From NCBI GenBank assembly GCA_963539745.1, contig CAUTNJ010000001.1, positions 1-56,706 on the forward strand: a stretch of DNA of 56,706 nucleotides, in the 5' to 3' direction. Below the pieces are notes generated by a model that worked only from the letters and a program-made list of their open reading frames with translations, was not told where the DNA came from and searched no databases. Below are positions 54,621 through 56,706 of this stretch, piece by piece. Position numbers and translations under genes: made by a program. Position 1 is the first letter of the stretch; every line of letters begins with the position of its first letter. The DNA comes from an uncultured Acholeplasmataceae bacterium (GTDB lineage Bacteria > Bacillota_I > Bacilli_A > Acholeplasmatales > Acholeplasmataceae).

Positions 54621-55579
54621 TTTTGTTTGATTCTCCTTTGTTTAATTTGTGCGTATATTTTTTGGTAGTTTAAGTAACGATCACCAATAACTTTAGATTC
54701 GTGTAGTTGAACTACCTTGCAGTCTTTTGCTTTAATGTTTAAATGCAAACATTTGTTTTTAAACTTACAGTCTTGACTAAATAAATTAAAATCTGGATAG
54801 TATTTTTTTAACTCAGTTTCTAAAACTATTCCTGAGTTTAGTAATGAAAATCCAGGAGTGTCACCTATGTATCCGTGCATATAACTAAAAAGTTCTGAGT
54901 TTCTAGTTGTATGTTTACCACGGCCAAGTGCTTTTGAAGTTTCGCCAGTTTTTTGATTGATTTCAGGAATTAAGTTATTTAAAAATGAAGACTTTCCTAC
55001 TCCAGTTTGACCAGTTAGTATAGTGACTTTGTTCTTAAAAATATCAAACTTACCAAAATTAAAATTGTTGTTGTCAACTGTAAAAACTTTTAAGTTAAGA
55101 TAATTTTCGTAGTACTTAAGGTTTGTTAATACTTTTTTAGTTTTTTTACTGTCAATGTCAATTTTGGTTAAAACCAAAACAGGTTGAATTTGTTTTTTTG
55201 CACAAATTAACAAAAAATTATCTAGAAGCATAAAAGAAAACTCAGGGTCAGTGACTGAAAATACTAAAATCAACTGGTCAATGTTTGCACAGTCTGGTCT
55301 GACAAACTCGTTTTTTCGCAGTTTGATTTTTTCAATAATGAATTGGCCTTGAAAGTCTTTAAGTTCAACGATATCGCCGATTTTTGGAGTTTGTTTTAAA
55401 AACTGAATTTCTTTCTTTTCAGATAAATTTAAGAAATTAGTTTTTACAGAATTAGTTTTTACAAATCTGTTTTTACCAGCAACAATCGCATCAACAATTT
55501 TATTTTCTTGGTTTAACAAGGCGACTTTATAAAATGCTGTGTCTTTACGAATTACAAGCGCATTCATTTTTGTGTTCAT
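54617..55579 (-). CDS. rsgA: ribosome small-subunit-dependent GTPase A
   Basis: Circularly permuted GTPase with TKID, GQTGVGKSSFLN and a C-terminal Cys/His cluster (CKFKNKCLHLNIKAKDC). The start could be ATG 55579 or 55567. TGA overlaps the rpe ATG. Confidence 0.9.
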   Translation of the reverse strand: MNTKMNALVIRKDTAFYKVALLNQENKIVDAIVAGKNRFVKTNSVKTNFLNLSEKKEIQFLKQTPKIGDIVELKDFQGQFIIEKIKLRKNEFVRPDCANIDQLILVFSVTDPEFSFMLLDNFLLICAKKQIQPVLVLTKIDIDSKKTKKVLTNLKYYENYLNLKVFTVDNNNFNFGKFDIFKNKVTILTGQTGVGKSSFLNNLIPEINQKTGETSKALGRGKHTTRNSELFSYMHGYIGDTPGFSLLNSGIVLETELKKYYPDFNLFSQDCKFKNKCLHLNIKAKDCKVVQLHESKVIGDRYLNYQKIYAQIKQRRIKQK

Positions 55580-56606
55580 GTTTTTTTAAAACTTCTGACC
55601 TTAACTGCCCACAAGCGGCGTTAATGTCGTGGCCTTGTTCTTTTCTTAAAATTGCGTCCATATCTGCGTTTTTAAGAACATCAAAGAAAGCCTTTTGTCG
55701 TTCTGGAGTTGAGCGTTTATAAACAACTTCTTTAACTTCGTTGTAAGGAATTAAGTTAATGTAGACATTTCTTTGTTTAAATAATTTGACTAGTTCTTTT
55801 GCACACTTTACAGTGTCTGTAAGTTCATTGATTAAAATATACTCAATTGTAACACGACGATTAGTTTTCGCTAAGTAGTAGTCAAGCGCTTCGATCAACT
55901 TAGCGATTGGGAAAATCGTGTTGATTTTCATAATCTTACTTCTAAGTTCATCAAACGGAGCGTGAAAAGAAAGCGCTAAGTTAACTTGTAGGTTGCGGTC
56001 AGCAAATGCTTTAATTTTTGGAACTAAACCAGAAGTAGAAACAGTTATTCTGCGTTGACCAATATTTAGACCTTTTGGATAATTTAAAATATCAATGAAA
56101 GTCATCACGTTTGCAAAATTATCAAAAGGTTCGCCAATTCCCATAATTACGACTGAGTTTATTTTACACTGTTTGACTTCTTGAGTTTTCATAACCTGAC
56201 CAACAATCTCAGCAGTCGTTAAGTCTCGTTTTTTCTTAAGTATCCCGCTTGCGCAAAAACTACAACCAATTGAACATCCAACTTGTGTAGTTACGCACAG
56301 CGAAAGTCCGTAGTCATGGTGCATCAAAACGCACTCAATTAAAGCACCATCCGCAAGAGCATATAGAAACTTTTCAGTACCGTCTTTTGATTTGTTTTGA
56401 ATTACTAAGGTTGGTAAAGTTATTTCAAAGTTCTCATCTAGAAAAGCAATGAAGTCTTTTGAGAGATTTCTCATCTCTTTAAAAGACTTTTTTTCTTTTG
56501 CGTACAGCCAGTTGAAAATCTGTTCTGCTTTAAATTTTTTATATCCACTTTCTACCAGATAATCCGTTAACTGGGCGAAATTGTATGAATATATTTGTTC
56601 TTTCAA
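55545..56606 (-). CDS. rlmN: 23S rRNA/tRNA adenine-C2 methyltransferase (radical SAM)
   Basis: CSIGCSFCASG, GIGEP and ACGQL. The TTG start at 56606 overlaps the TGA of the upstream gene (TTGA). Confidence 0.94.
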   Translation of the reverse strand: MKEQIYSYNFAQLTDYLVESGYKKFKAEQIFNWLYAKEKKSFKEMRNLSKDFIAFLDENFEITLPTLVIQNKSKDGTEKFLYALADGALIECVLMHHDYGLSLCVTTQVGCSIGCSFCASGILKKKRDLTTAEIVGQVMKTQEVKQCKINSVVIMGIGEPFDNFANVMTFIDILNYPKGLNIGQRRITVSTSGLVPKIKAFADRNLQVNLALSFHAPFDELRSKIMKINTIFPIAKLIEALDYYLAKTNRRVTIEYILINELTDTVKCAKELVKLFKQRNVYINLIPYNEVKEVVYKRSTPERQKAFFDVLKNADMDAILRKEQGHDINAACGQLRSEVLKKHEHKNECACNS

Positions 56607-56706
56607 CGTAGTGTTACCTTAAGCTCAAAAGCCAAGCGATTTAAAATTGACTTAATGGTTTTTTCAATGTCTTGCATCTCAATTTGTTTTTCAGTGTTTT
56701 CAAAAA
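56603..56706 (-). CDS. 3' end of an unidentified gene entering from the right edge
   Basis: An open frame ...FENTEKQIEMQDIEKTIKSILNRLAFELKVTLR* ends in a TGA that overlaps the rlmN start. It is too short to identify. Confidence 0.35.
   Translation of the reverse strand, partial: FENTEKQIEMQDIEKTIKSILNRLAFELKVTLR

Overview
This is a low-GC (by eye), very gene-dense chromosomal segment with about 55 protein genes and 4 tRNAs. It has the gene content and order of a Bacillota/Mycoplasmatota-lineage organism: rpsF-ssb-rpsR ... gdpP-rplI-dnaB, rny-ymdB, plsX-rnc and yycJ-rlmH. TGA is used as a stop codon, several times inside ATGA/TTGA stop-start overlaps. All long ORFs are intact under the standard code, and the tRNA-Trp has a CCA anticodon. 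Surface proteins are anchored by a lipobox or a C-terminal TM helix, with no LPXTG motif. Together this fits an Acholeplasma-like wall-less bacterium with code 11; that assignment is inference only.

Content:
- miaA-aroK-aroQ, miaB, ymdB, rny, and def followed by a DUF2779 nuclease.
- A multi-Ig-like surface protein, flavodoxin-dnaE, and the full F1Fo ATP synthase operon with upp and rpiB.
- A long overlapping operon: DAHP synthase, aroB, an aroA/chorismate mutase/aroE fusion, aroC, plsX, rnc and a DnaD-like gene.
- rlmH, yycJ, a 992-aa lipoprotein, tsaC-prmC-prfA, dnaB, and gdpP fused in frame to rplI.
- A PPTase, rpsR-ssb-rpsF and coaD.
- An FecCD-type ABC transporter with a frameshifted binding protein, flanked by long non-coding stretches and by tRNA-His and tRNA-Glu.
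- gltX, rpsU, rpe, rsgA and rlmN.

There are no transposases, integrases, CRISPR arrays, or recognisable defence or toxin modules.

Most notable observations:
- The stop-less GdpP-L9 reading frame.
- The trifunctional AroA-CM-AroE protein.
- A tail-anchored protein with two HeH (Rho_N/SAP-like) motifs, an acidic repeat region and a CCCQCC cluster.
- An unannotated 36-codon sORF with a near-consensus promoter and SD.
- A tRNA-Glu(CUC) that appears to carry C33 and sits 3 nt behind the gltX terminator hairpin.
- A decaying ABC-transporter cassette with repeat-rich non-coding flanks.
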